Source of the DNA: Dehalococcoidia bacterium
GTDB taxonomy: Bacteria; Chloroflexota; Dehalococcoidia; Lucifugimonadales; UBA3495
Assembly (NCBI GenBank): GCA_030740155.1
Contig: JASLXV010000077.1
Location: 1 to 62,894 of the forward strand
Direction: 5' to 3'
DNA length: 62,894 bases
Part shown: positions 9,344-19,286 of the stretch, in pieces
Numbering within the stretch: position 1 is the first letter of the stretch
How the letters are laid out: each line of letters opens with the position of its first letter
Notes under the pieces: model-generated
The model's input: the letters and a program-made list of their open reading frames with translations, nothing else
The model's database searches: none
What the model was told of the DNA's origin: nothing
Made by a program: the position numbers and the translations under genes

Positions 9344-10561
9344 CTAGATGACCCCTTCTTCCTGCAGCTTGGCGAACTCTTCCTTGGAAACGTCCAGGAT
9401 GCCGCAGTAGATTTCCTCGTTGTGCTGGCCCAACAGAGGGCATGGCATCCGAATAGAACCCGGCGACTTGGACAGTTTGGGGAACACTCCCACGAGCGGG
9501 AGATCGCCCTTGCCGTGGTGGTCCACCTCCACCAGCATTTCCCGGGCTTGGATTTGCGGGTCTTCCAAGACGTCGGCCAACTCGTTGACCCGGCCGTAGG
9601 CCAGCTCCGCCTCTCCCAAGATGGCCTCCAGGGCGTCGGCGGTCAGGGTTTTGGTCCACTTGGACACGATCTCGTTCAGCTCGTCCCGGTGTTCCGTGCG
9701 CCCGGCTCGTGAGGCGTAGCGCGGGTTCTCGGCCAGTTCCGGCGTGCCCATGAGCGCGCATATGCGCGGGAAGTGGTTGGCGTCCTGGGCGAAGACGTAA
9801 ACAAACTTGCCATCGGATGTCGGAAAGGCGGCCGACGGTCCGGCGCCGGCGCCGTTGGAGCCCCCCCGCTTCATTGTCGAGCCCACGGACTGTCGCATGA
9901 GGGTGTAGGCCATCAGCACCAACTGGCCTTCGAGGAGGGATACGTCCACCAGCTGTCCCTCGCCGGTGCACTTCTTATGGTAGAGGGCCAGAATCGCACC
10001 CATGGCTCCGAAGAAGCCGGCCGTGGAGTCGGCGATGGCGGGCCCGACCCTGACTCCGGGGCGGTCATCGAATCCCGTCACGCTCATCATGCCGCTCATG
10101 GCCTGGGCCACCGTATCGAAGGCCGCGCGCTTGGCGTAGGGTCCGGTCTGCCCGAAGCCCGAGCTGGATACCATGACAATGCCGGGGCTCATCTTGGACA
10201 CTTCTTCGTAGGAGAAGCCGAACCGGGCCATGACGCCGGGGCGATAGTTCTCCACCAGCACGTCCGCTCGCTCGACCAAGCCGCGCAGCAGCTCCTTCCC
10301 CTTTTCCGTCTTGAGGTTGAGGGTGACGCTCCTCTTGTTGCGGTTGAAGGCGGCGAAATAGACCGAAAGACCGTCGATGTTGGGTGAGTTTTGGCGGCCG
10401 TGGTCGCCGCTGCCGGGCTCCTCGACCTTGATCACCTCGGCTCCCATGTCGCCCAGTATCATGGTGCAGGTGGGCCCCGCCTGGAACCGGGTCAAGTCCA
10501 CTACTTTGATCCCAACCAGAGGTCCTTCGTTCTCGGCGCTCATGCCGTTGCCGTTCACCAT
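9344..10561 (-). CDS. Class III CoA-transferase (CaiB/BaiF)
   Basis: DLTRFQAGP, GAEVIKVE, NRNKRS, ENYRPG, catalytic Asp in PAIADS; RBS AGGAGG before ATG 10561. Confidence 0.93.
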   Translation of the reverse strand: MVNGNGMSAENEGPLVGIKVVDLTRFQAGPTCTMILGDMGAEVIKVEEPGSGDHGRQNSPNIDGLSVYFAAFNRNKRSVTLNLKTEKGKELLRGLVERADVLVENYRPGVMARFGFSYEEVSKMSPGIVMVSSSGFGQTGPYAKRAAFDTVAQAMSGMMSVTGFDDRPGVRVGPAIADSTAGFFGAMGAILALYHKKCTGEGQLVDVSLLEGQLVLMAYTLMRQSVGSTMKRGGSNGAGAGPSAAFPTSDGKFVYVFAQDANHFPRICALMGTPELAENPRYASRAGRTEHRDELNEIVSKWTKTLTADALEAILGEAELAYGRVNELADVLEDPQIQAREMLVEVDHHGKGDLPLVGVFPKLSKSPGSIRMPCPLLGQHNEEIYCGILDVSKEEFAKLQEEGVI

Positions 10562-10722
10562 TCTTCCTCCTTGGCGTAACCCCCCGGACGGGCCGGCCCC
10601 TCCGCTGGGGGATTCCATCTGTTGGGTATAATACCACGCCTCCGGAGCGACTGACGCCGGACGGCATGGGCGGCGGCGCCGGTGACCATTTGTTGAACAG
10701 GCCGCTCAGCTCGACCAGGAGA

Positions 10723-10769
10723 AAATCCCCCTCAGCCCCCCTTTACCAAGGGGGATTCAGGGGGATCTT
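10723..10769. repeat. REP-like palindrome (CCCCCTTT...AAGGGGGA type); second copy at 39328-39363
   Basis: aaatccccctcagcccccctttaccaagggggattcagggggatctt versus aagtccccctttggtaaagggggattagggggattt. Confidence 0.55.
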
Positions 10770-10893
10770 GCCCGCCAAACCCGCTTTCGGTCGAGTCTAG
10801 CAGCCTACCGTGGTTCAGCAGGGTAAGTCTGAAGACGGGTCCTTGGGGAGACGGTAGATACGCCCCGAAGGCCCGGCTTGCTCTTCAACGCGG

Positions 10894-12105
10894 TTAAATG
10901 ACCCCTTCCGCCTTCAGCGTCGCGAGTTCTTCTTTTGAAACGTCGCAGATGCCGCAATAGATTTCCTCGTTGTGCTCGCCCAACAGAGGACTGGGCATCC
11001 GGATCGACCCAGGCGTCTTGGACAGCTTGGGAAGCACCGCCACCAAGGGGAGCGTGCCCTTGCCGTGGTGTTCCACCTCCACCAGCATCTCCCGGGCCTG
11101 AACTTGCGGGTCTTTCATCACGTCCTCCACTTCGTTGACCCTGCCGTAGGCAAGTCCCGCCTCGTTCAAGATGGCCTCCAGAGCATCGGCGGTCAAGGTG
11201 CAGGCCCACTGGCCCACGAGATCGTTGATCTCCTCCCGGTTTTTCGTGCGCCCGGGCCGGTCGCGGAAGCGTGGGTCATCCGCCAGCTCCGGCTTGCCCA
11301 TGAGCCCGCATAGGCGGGGGAAGTGGCTAGAGTCCTGGGCGAAGATGTAGACGTATTTGCCGTCCGAGGTTGGGTAGGCGGCCGCTGGCGAGGCGCCGGT
11401 GCTCTGATTGCCGGTTCGCCCCACTTTGACGCCCATGAAGTCGCGCATGATGGTATAGCCCATCAGCGCCACCTGGCCCTCCAGAAGGGAAATGTCCACG
11501 AACTGTCCCTCACCGGTCCTCTGCTTGTGGTAGAGGGCTAGGATGGTGCCTATCATGCCGAAGAAGCCGGCCGTGGAGTCGGCGACGGCGGGCCCGACCC
11601 TGGCCGGCGGGCGGTCATCGAAGCCCGTGACGCTCATGAGGCCGCTCATGGCCTGAGCCACCGTGTCGAAGCCCGCGCGCTGGGCGTAGGGGCCCGTCTG
11701 TCCGAAGGCCGAGCTGGAAACCATGATGATACCGGAGTTCAACTTGGACACGTCTTCGTAAGCGAAGCCCAGGCGGGCCATGACGCCGGGGCGAAAGTTC
11801 TCCACCAGCACGTCCGCCCACTGGACCAGCTTTCTCATCAGCTCCTTGCCCTTCTCCGATTTGAGGTTCAGGGTGGCGCTCTTCTTGTTGCGGTTGTAGG
11901 AGGCGAAAAAGGCGGAGAGGCCGTCGATGCCGGGGTCGTTGTCCCGGCCGTGGTCGCCGGCGCGGGGTTCCTCCACCTTGATTATCTCCGCGCCCATGTC
12001 GCCCAGCATCATGGTGCAGATAGGCCCCGCTTGGTAGTGGGTCAGGTCGACCACCTTGACGCCCACCAGGGGGCCTTTATTCTCGTTGGTTATTCCGTTC
12101 TCCAT
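10894..12105 (-). CDS. Class III CoA-transferase (CaiB/BaiF)
   Basis: Same motifs as its neighbour (PAVADS); close paralogue. Confidence 0.93.
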   Translation of the reverse strand: MENGITNENKGPLVGVKVVDLTHYQAGPICTMMLGDMGAEIIKVEEPRAGDHGRDNDPGIDGLSAFFASYNRNKKSATLNLKSEKGKELMRKLVQWADVLVENFRPGVMARLGFAYEDVSKLNSGIIMVSSSAFGQTGPYAQRAGFDTVAQAMSGLMSVTGFDDRPPARVGPAVADSTAGFFGMIGTILALYHKQRTGEGQFVDISLLEGQVALMGYTIMRDFMGVKVGRTGNQSTGASPAAAYPTSDGKYVYIFAQDSSHFPRLCGLMGKPELADDPRFRDRPGRTKNREEINDLVGQWACTLTADALEAILNEAGLAYGRVNEVEDVMKDPQVQAREMLVEVEHHGKGTLPLVAVLPKLSKTPGSIRMPSPLLGEHNEEIYCGICDVSKEELATLKAEGVI

Positions 12106-12144
12106 CTTCCCTCCTCGGCCGATTTGGGCCATTGTTCCAGCCGG

Positions 12145-13347
12145 CTAAATGACGCCTTCCTCCTCGAGGGTTTTCAAATCCTCTTTCGGAAGGTCCAGCA
12201 GGCCGCAGTAGACCTCTTCGTTGTGCTGGCCCAGCAAGGGGCACGGGGTGCGGATGGACCCCGGAGACTTGGAAAGCCGGGGTGTCACATTCACCAAGGG
12301 GAGGGTCCCCTTTCCGTAGTGGTCCACACTCACCAGTGACTCCTGAGTTAGGATGTGGGGGTCTGCCAGCACCTCCGTCAATTCGTTGACCTTGCCAAAG
12401 GGAAGTCCGGCCTCGAGGAGGAGCGCCTCCAGGGCGTCGGCGGTCAGGCTGCTGGTCCACTGGATCACCATATCGTTCAGCTCATGCCGATGCTCAAACC
12501 GCTTCACCCGGCTGCTGTAGCGGGGGTCATCGGCCATCTCCGGCCTGCCGGCGAGCCGGCACAATATGGGGAAGTGGGAGTTATCGTGGCCAAAGATGAA
12601 GACGAATCTACCGTCGGCCGTTGGGTAAGAGTCCGCCGGTGCTACTTGGGCGACTCCCGGCTTCATTTCCTCGCCCATGAACGCCCGCATGAGAGGGTAG
12701 GCCATCATCAGGAGTTGGCCGTCCAGGAGCGAGACGTCCACGTACTGCCCCTCGCCGGTCCTCTCCTTGTGGAACAGGGCGAGTACCGTGCCCAGGGCGC
12801 CGAAGAAGCCGCCCGTGGAGTCGGCGATGGCGGGGCCCGCCCGGGTCGGAAGGCCGCCCTCCTGTCCGGTAATGCTCATCACCCCGCTCATGGCCTGGGC
12901 TACCATGTCAAAGGACGCGCGCGCCGAGTAAGGGCCCTTCTGCCCGAAGCCCGAAGTGGCCACCACGATGATGCTGGGGTTGATCTGGCGCATCTCATCG
13001 TAGGAGAAGCCCAGGCGGGCCATGACGCCGGGGCGGAAGTTCTCCACCACCACGTCTCCCCACCGGACCAGCCCGGCCATAAGCTCCTTACCTTTCTCGG
13101 ACTTGAGGTTCAGGGTGACGCTTTTCTTATTGCGGTTGTAGGCGGCGAAAAAACAAGAGAGGCCGTCTATGGCGGGCTCGTAGTCCCGGCCGTGGTCGCC
13201 GCCGCCGGGCTCTTCCACCTTGATCACTTCCGCCCCCATGTCCCCCAGTAACATGGTACAGATCGGCCCCGCCTGGAAGCGCGTCAGGTCCACCACCTTG
13301 ATGCCGTCCAAGGGGCCTTTGCTGCCGTTGGTGCTTCCAGTCGCCAT
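12145..13347 (-). CDS. Class III CoA-transferase (CaiB/BaiF)
   Basis: DLTRFQAGP, NRNKKS, ENFRPG, PAIADS; third tandem paralogue. Confidence 0.93.
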   Translation of the reverse strand: MATGSTNGSKGPLDGIKVVDLTRFQAGPICTMLLGDMGAEVIKVEEPGGGDHGRDYEPAIDGLSCFFAAYNRNKKSVTLNLKSEKGKELMAGLVRWGDVVVENFRPGVMARLGFSYDEMRQINPSIIVVATSGFGQKGPYSARASFDMVAQAMSGVMSITGQEGGLPTRAGPAIADSTGGFFGALGTVLALFHKERTGEGQYVDVSLLDGQLLMMAYPLMRAFMGEEMKPGVAQVAPADSYPTADGRFVFIFGHDNSHFPILCRLAGRPEMADDPRYSSRVKRFEHRHELNDMVIQWTSSLTADALEALLLEAGLPFGKVNELTEVLADPHILTQESLVSVDHYGKGTLPLVNVTPRLSKSPGSIRTPCPLLGQHNEEVYCGLLDLPKEDLKTLEEEGVI

Positions 13348-13576
13348 TATTCCTCCCAAGTGGGAACTCCGGCCCCATCAGGCCCTGGCCGAAGGAGGTT
13401 CCCAACTTTCCGCCTAATAATACCACGCTTGGGGAAGGCTGCGGCCAAATACCGGCGCGGGCGTCGCCAGTGGGGCCGGGACCAAGCCCTTGCGGGACCA
13501 ACGTTGCAAGTGGTACAAAGGCGGAGGGCAGGTCAAAGGCAAATGCTTGCCAAGAGGAGCCCGCCGATGGTGAGGA

Positions 13577-13738
13577 ATGGGAAGACCCAACTGGTACTCG
13601 GAACATCCGCCCGCATGCACCTGCGCTGATTGCGAAGAGAAGCGGGCAATACTTCGAGACTACGGCCCGAAGATCGGCCGGAACGAGAAATGTCCCTGCG
13701 GGAGTGGCAAAAAGTATAAAAGATGCCACGGAAGGTGA
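13577..13738 (+). CDS. 53-aa SEC-C motif miniprotein (absent from the ORF track)
   Basis: [53 protein letters not shown]; canonical SEC-C motif [18 protein letters not shown]. An in-frame TGA just upstream fixes the start. Confidence 0.8.
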   Translation: MGRPNWYSEHPPACTCADCEEKRAILRDYGPKIGRNEKCPCGSGKKYKRCHGR

Positions 13739-13967
13739 CGCCTATCGCTCGACGATCAGCGAGTGATCGGGTCCGCCGGTTATTCGCAGGCCCCACCCCC
13801 GGCCTGAGCCTGCCCGAGGGTGACGGATAGAAGTTGACAGTGGCGGGATTGGGAGCTACCGTTGGACCCATCGCCGAGGGGCCTTCGATCTGAGCGCGTC
13901 CTGAGCGCATCACGCGCCGGCGAGTCGATCTCAGGTAGCGTCGAGTGGAGCGTTTTAGGAGGTTGGT

Positions 13968-14753
13968 ATGGCTGATCAACCGGTATTGTTGGAGAAGCAT
14001 GAAGACGGCCGCATCTGGGTCATCACTTTGAACCGGCCCGAGCGGATGAACGCCATCAGCGGGGCCTTGCGGCACGCGTTGTACGAGTACTGGGAGGAGT
14101 TCGGCAGAGATCACAGTGCCCGGGTAGCCATCCTCACCGGTTCGGGCGACCGGTCCTTCTGTGCGGGAATGGACTTGAGGGAACGGGCCGAGTACGACGC
14201 CAGGGGCGAGAGGCCTCCTACCTTCCGAACGGTCACCCCCGTCAACGAGACCCTCGAAGTGTGGAAGCCCGTTATCGCCGCGATCAATGGATTCTCCCTG
14301 GCCGGCGGCTTCAACCTCGCCCTCCAGTGCGACATTCGTATCGCCGCGGAGCACGCCGAGTTCGGCATCCCGGAGGTGCGCTGGAACTTGGGGGCCTCCT
14401 GGGTTCATATCCTTCCCCGGCTCATTGGGATGGGCCATGCTCTGGAGTTGGCGATGTGGGGCGACAAGCGAATCTCGGCACAGCGTGCCTATGAGATTGG
14501 CTTCGTGAACAAGGTGGTCCCCAAGGAGAAGCTGATGGAGGAGGCGATGGACTGGGCCAAGCGGGCAATCAACCTGGCCCCTCGTTCGATGGCCAACCTC
14601 AAGCAGATCCTCCACCGGTCGTACTACATGGGTCCGATGGAGGCCCGGGCTTTTGGCCAGGCCTTGGAGAGGAATCTGGTGGGCATGGAGGACAGTGTCG
14701 AGGGTCCGAAGGCCTTCTCCGAGAAGCGCCTGCCCGTGTTCAAGAACCGGTAG
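13968..14753 (+). CDS. Enoyl-CoA hydratase/isomerase (crotonase) family
   Basis: LNRPERMNAI, FCAGMDL, KPVIAAING, FGIPEV; RBS AGGAGG; upstream TTGACA-17-TACCGT at about 13834. Confidence 0.92.
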   Translation: MADQPVLLEKHEDGRIWVITLNRPERMNAISGALRHALYEYWEEFGRDHSARVAILTGSGDRSFCAGMDLRERAEYDARGERPPTFRTVTPVNETLEVWKPVIAAINGFSLAGGFNLALQCDIRIAAEHAEFGIPEVRWNLGASWVHILPRLIGMGHALELAMWGDKRISAQRAYEIGFVNKVVPKEKLMEEAMDWAKRAINLAPRSMANLKQILHRSYYMGPMEARAFGQALERNLVGMEDSVEGPKAFSEKRLPVFKNR

Positions 14754-14870
14754 CCCACATGGGTAGGCAGCACAGGAAGACCCTTTTCCAAGATGTTCGC
14801 TCAGGCCGGGCGCCTGAGCGAACCAGCATGTAGACCTGCACCGGAGCAAATTTGAACAGGGGGCTTGGCT

Positions 14871-16064
14871 ATGGTTAAGGCGCTGGATGGTATCCGAGTT
14901 ATTGACATGACCCATAATCAGGCAGGGCCATCGTGTGCTCAAATACTGGCGTGGTTCGGCGCCGACGTGATCAAGCTTGAAGAGCCCGGCCAGGGAGACG
15001 TGGCCCGGTCCAATATGCGGGACATGCCCGATAGTGACAGTCTCTTCTTTCTGATGCTGAATGCCAACAAGCGGAGCCTGACCGTCAACCTCAAGACGGC
15101 CCAGGGCAAGGAGATCTTCACCGCCCTGCTGAAGACTTCCGACGTGCTGGTGGAGAATTTCGGCCCCGGCGCCCTGGACCGTCTGGGCTTCGGTTTTGAA
15201 GCCCTGCAGCAGCTAAACCCGAGGCTTATCTACACCTCTATCAAGGGATTCGGCACCTTCGGACCCTACAGTTCCTTCAAGAGCTATGAGCCCGTCGCCC
15301 AGGCCACCGGGGGCGCCATGAGCACTACCGGCACTCCGGAGACGCCACCCTTCGTCAACGGCGCGGCCATCGGCGATTCCGGTACTGGCATGCACGCCGT
15401 CGTGGGGGTCTTGGCGGCGCTGGAGCAGCGCCACCAGACCGGCAAAGGCCAGCAAGTAGAGGTCTCGATGCAAGATGCCGTGTTCAACCTTATGCGGGTT
15501 CGGATTCGGGACCACCAGCGCTTTGGCGTGACGGTGGAACGGGCCGGAAACCACCTGGGTTCCAACGTGCCCAGCAACTGCTACAAGTGCTACCCGGGCG
15601 GGCTCAATGACTACGTCTACATCACCGCCCAGCGACAGATGTGGCTTGCCCTGCTTCGGGCCATGGGCCGGGAAGACATGATTGAAGACCCCCGCTTCGC
15701 CACCCCCGAGGCCCGGGTGGAGAACGCCGGGGCCGTGGACTCGGCTATTGAGGAGTGGACCTCTCAGCTCGGCAAACATGATGTGATGGAAATCCTGGGC
15801 GCGGCCGGGGTCCCCTGTGGCGCCGTCCTCGATACCGGAGACTTGATCGAGGACACCCACCTGAGAGAGCGGGGGATGCTCGTCGAGGTTGACCACCCCT
15901 CTCGCCGCTTCCTGACCGTGGGCTCGCCGATAAAACTCTCCGACTCGCCGCAGGAGATAACCGCTCCACCTCTCCTGGGGGAGCACAACGAGGAGTTGCT
16001 GGCGGAGATTATGGGATACGACGGAGCCGCAGTGGAGAAGCTCCGGGCTGACGGGATAGTCTGA
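14871..16064 (+). CDS. frc: Formyl-CoA transferase-like class III CoA-transferase
   Basis: QAGPSCAQILAWFGADVIK, DSLFFLMLNANKRS, IKGFG, YEPVAQATGGAMSTTG, GAAIGDSGTGMH, VSMQDAV: Frc-subfamily signature. Substrate not verified. Confidence 0.75.
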   Translation: MVKALDGIRVIDMTHNQAGPSCAQILAWFGADVIKLEEPGQGDVARSNMRDMPDSDSLFFLMLNANKRSLTVNLKTAQGKEIFTALLKTSDVLVENFGPGALDRLGFGFEALQQLNPRLIYTSIKGFGTFGPYSSFKSYEPVAQATGGAMSTTGTPETPPFVNGAAIGDSGTGMHAVVGVLAALEQRHQTGKGQQVEVSMQDAVFNLMRVRIRDHQRFGVTVERAGNHLGSNVPSNCYKCYPGGLNDYVYITAQRQMWLALLRAMGREDMIEDPRFATPEARVENAGAVDSAIEEWTSQLGKHDVMEILGAAGVPCGAVLDTGDLIEDTHLRERGMLVEVDHPSRRFLTVGSPIKLSDSPQEITAPPLLGEHNEELLAEIMGYDGAAVEKLRADGIV

Positions 16065-16408
16065 GCCTCGCTTCAACGCGTTGCCGGTCTGAGAGCGAGT
16101 CCGGAGGAGGTCTCCCGAAGGAGTCTCGAACGGGCCTGCGTTCGGCGACCTGATTGTTCCCAGTTTCCGCTCCAGCTTGGGCCGGCCTGCCCTTTGCGGG
16201 TTGCCGGTTTACATTGCCTGAAACCGGCTTGCCGGCGGAAATCCCGGCAGGCACAACCGGGAACGGCCCTCACGAACCTGCGCCTCTACCATCCTCCAAC
16301 CGTGGAAAGGAAACAGCCCGGCGGTGGCCCCTCCCGGGCCGCGAGAGGTCTTGCCGCCGGGGTGGGGGTATTGTCCTGTGACCGGGTTCGGCAAGCAAGG
16401 AGGGAAGA

Positions 16409-17230
16409 ATGCGATTCGATAACCTGATCTACGAAAAAGAAGGGCATGTCGCCAAGATAACCTTGAACCGCCCGCAGAAATTGAACGCGCTGAACAAGGA
16501 CCTGCTCTACAACTTGAGAAAGGCACTGAGGGAGGCGGAGGACGACGACGAGGTGAGGGTGGTGATCCTCAAAGGGGCCGGCCGCGGCTTCTGCGCCGGC
16601 CACGACTACGGCCGGCCCGAATGGGAGTCCGGAGGCCGCGAGTTGGGCGACCACACCGAGGAACACCGGGTGGACATGACGATGCGCGTCCGGCTTTATC
16701 TCAGCGTGTGGGATATGCCGAAGCCGGTAATCGCCCAGGTTCATGGAGCTTGTTTCGCCGCCGGCAGCATGCTCGCCGGCCTGTGCGACCTGGTGGTGGT
16801 GGCTGAAGATGCCCAAATTGGCCCTTCTCAGGTGCCATCGCCCATTGGGCAAGGCATCTACTCACCGGTGTGGCTCTCCCTGGTCGGGGTAAGGAAGGCA
16901 AAGGAGTTCATGTTCCTGGGTGGGCTGATGGACGGCACCGAGGCAGTTCGGATCGGCTGGGCAACCAGGGCGGTGCCTGCTGATGAGCTGGATGCGGCCG
17001 TGGAAAAGATGGCGGCGCACATCGCCAGAATCCCTCTGGAGATGCTGATGATCAAGAAACGCAACGTCAATATGGCGATGGATACTATGGGATTCAGACA
17101 AACTGTACTGATGAGCGGTGAATTGAGCATTGCGGGGCACGGGACCGACACCCGGAAAGAGTGGGGCCGCTTGATGGCCGAAAAGGGATTCAAACAGGTC
17201 ATCGAAGAGTGGAGAGCGGGCACTCCCTGA
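16409..17230 (+). CDS. Crotonase-superfamily protein, non-canonical active site
   Basis: ITLNRPQKLNAL, GFCAGHD, PKPVIAQVHG. Confidence 0.9.
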   Translation: MRFDNLIYEKEGHVAKITLNRPQKLNALNKDLLYNLRKALREAEDDDEVRVVILKGAGRGFCAGHDYGRPEWESGGRELGDHTEEHRVDMTMRVRLYLSVWDMPKPVIAQVHGACFAAGSMLAGLCDLVVVAEDAQIGPSQVPSPIGQGIYSPVWLSLVGVRKAKEFMFLGGLMDGTEAVRIGWATRAVPADELDAAVEKMAAHIARIPLEMLMIKKRNVNMAMDTMGFRQTVLMSGELSIAGHGTDTRKEWGRLMAEKGFKQVIEEWRAGTP

Positions 17231-17599
17231 GGCAGGGGCAGCCAGGAGCAAAGCAGTCCGCCCTGTTTGAGGGGACCAATTCCTGTCCCCCGGCGGAGAC
17301 GGAAGGCCACGATGGGAGTCCCAAGCCGGCGTCAAAACGTCCGCGAAACGGCACTGCCCCCCTCGCTGGTATGCTATTTAGAGAGGCCTCACGTCCGCCC
17401 GCCGCGGACGCGAGGCCTCTCCGGGCTTCTCCATGACGTGGGTTTTGGACTAACCCTAGCGCCCCGGCACACGCTACTCAGAAGACCTGGTCTTGGCGGG
17501 TTGTTATTTTTAGGAGCGGAACGACGAAGCGACCCAGCGTAACAATAAGATCCTCACTCCACTCGGAACGACGATTATCGCAATAGGTTGACCAGGCGC

Positions 17600-18766
17600 C
17601 TAGAATACGTACTCCGGTCCCTCCAGGTATCGGAACTCCTCCAGGGCATCCTTACGCAGAGTGAAGCCGAGGCCCGGCCGTTGTGGCGCGTACACCGCGC
17701 CGTCCCGAATGTCATACGGCTCCTCGAACAGGTCGTGCATCATCGGCATGTGACCCTGGCTGACCTCCAGTATGTGGCAGTTCACCGAGGACATGGCCAC
17801 GTGGATGCTGGCCGCGAAGAGGACGCCGGAGCCCCAGGCGTGAGGCGCCAGCCTGATTCCTTTGGCCGATGCCATCGCCGCGATCCGCCGTATCTCGGTG
17901 AAACCGCCCGCCCGGGCGATGTCCGGTTGAGCGATGTCCAGGGACCGGTGCAGGAAAAGGTCTTCGAAATCAAACCTGGTGAACTCTCGCTCCCCCGTGG
18001 CGATGGGTATGGTGGTGGACCGGCGCACCTCGGCCAGCCCGCGATGGTCATCGGGAGAGACGGGCTCTTCAAACCAGGAGATGTCGAACTCCTCGAGCTG
18101 CCTAGCCAGCCGGATGGCGGTGGAAACGTCCAGAGAGCCATGGGCGTCCAGCATCAGTTCGACGTTGGGGCCGATGCCGCGGCGGGCGGCCTTAACCCTC
18201 CTGATGGTGTTTTCAATCGAGAACCCGTCTCGCCCCACCACCCGCATCTTCACGGCGTCGAACCCTTTGGCGGCGTACCCTCCCATCTCCTGTTCCGCCT
18301 CGTCGCCGGGGGCCCACCCGCCGGAGGCGTAGCCTCGGACGTTGTCGCGCACCGCGCCGAGGGCTTTGTAGATAGGCACCCCGAGTACTTGAGACTTCAC
18401 GTCCCAGATCGCGATGTCCACCCCGGAAATCGCCTCCATGGTTATGCCGCGCCGGCCGTCACCGGGCTGCGCGTGGCCCCGGTCCAGGGCAGGCTTCCAG
18501 CGAGAGCCGTTGTACATCTTCTCGTAGAGGCGCTCCGAGTACATCGGGTCTTCACCCGCCAGCGCCGGCGCTAGTTCGTGCTCCACTATCGCCTTGACCA
18601 CCGGCGGGCTGCCCAGCGATGCGCCGAGCCCGGTCAGCCCCTCGTCTGTCTCCACCTGTATCAATACCGAGTCGCTCTTGACCCTGGTGCCGAGGTCCGT
18701 CCGGTGCTGGTTCTCGTTGGGGATCGGGCTGGATAGCGGTATGGCCCGGACATTCGTGATCTTCAT
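17600..18766 (-). CDS. Mandelate racemase/muconate lactonizing enzyme family (enolase superfamily; acid dehydratase-like)
   Basis: MKITNV, AISGVDIAIWD, metal ligands in LDAH / WFEEP / TGERE, QPD, APH, PGLG. Confidence 0.92.
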   Translation of the reverse strand: MKITNVRAIPLSSPIPNENQHRTDLGTRVKSDSVLIQVETDEGLTGLGASLGSPPVVKAIVEHELAPALAGEDPMYSERLYEKMYNGSRWKPALDRGHAQPGDGRRGITMEAISGVDIAIWDVKSQVLGVPIYKALGAVRDNVRGYASGGWAPGDEAEQEMGGYAAKGFDAVKMRVVGRDGFSIENTIRRVKAARRGIGPNVELMLDAHGSLDVSTAIRLARQLEEFDISWFEEPVSPDDHRGLAEVRRSTTIPIATGEREFTRFDFEDLFLHRSLDIAQPDIARAGGFTEIRRIAAMASAKGIRLAPHAWGSGVLFAASIHVAMSSVNCHILEVSQGHMPMMHDLFEEPYDIRDGAVYAPQRPGLGFTLRKDALEEFRYLEGPEYVF

Positions 18767-19286
18767 GATTTCCCCCTTATCTGGTAAGTTATTCCTGGTT
18801 GATCAGGTTTGGACGGTTAGGTCCGGTTAGTAGCCCGGTTCGGGCGGGCGGCGGCAGTCGAGCCCCCAAGTGCCTGGCCGCCGGCCGCCCGCCCGCCATC
18901 TCTGTATCGCCATCCACCTGTCATGCCGGATGGGCGGGAGCCAAGCTCCTCGCGCCTCCGGGCTGCTCCGAGGGTGACTGAGGGCTGTTGGCCGGAACCC
19001 CACCGATCCTCCCGAGATGACAGCCCCAGAAATCCACGGGAAGTTGTAGGCGGGACCGGCCGGCTATCGAGCCCTTCGCCCGTCAGCGGCCCGGCGTGAG
19101 GCCCCTGTAGAGGATACGCCGGGGGGCGGGCAAGCTCAAGGGGGCCAATTGCTACCAATCCTGGCATTTGCGCCTACCTGTTCTGGCAGGCCCAAACGAC
19201 TCCGGCCTGCAAGCTCTCGGCCGCTATAGTCTGGTATCATTAGTTTGAAAGATTGATCCTATCCACCGTCGGGAGCGCCAAGACCT

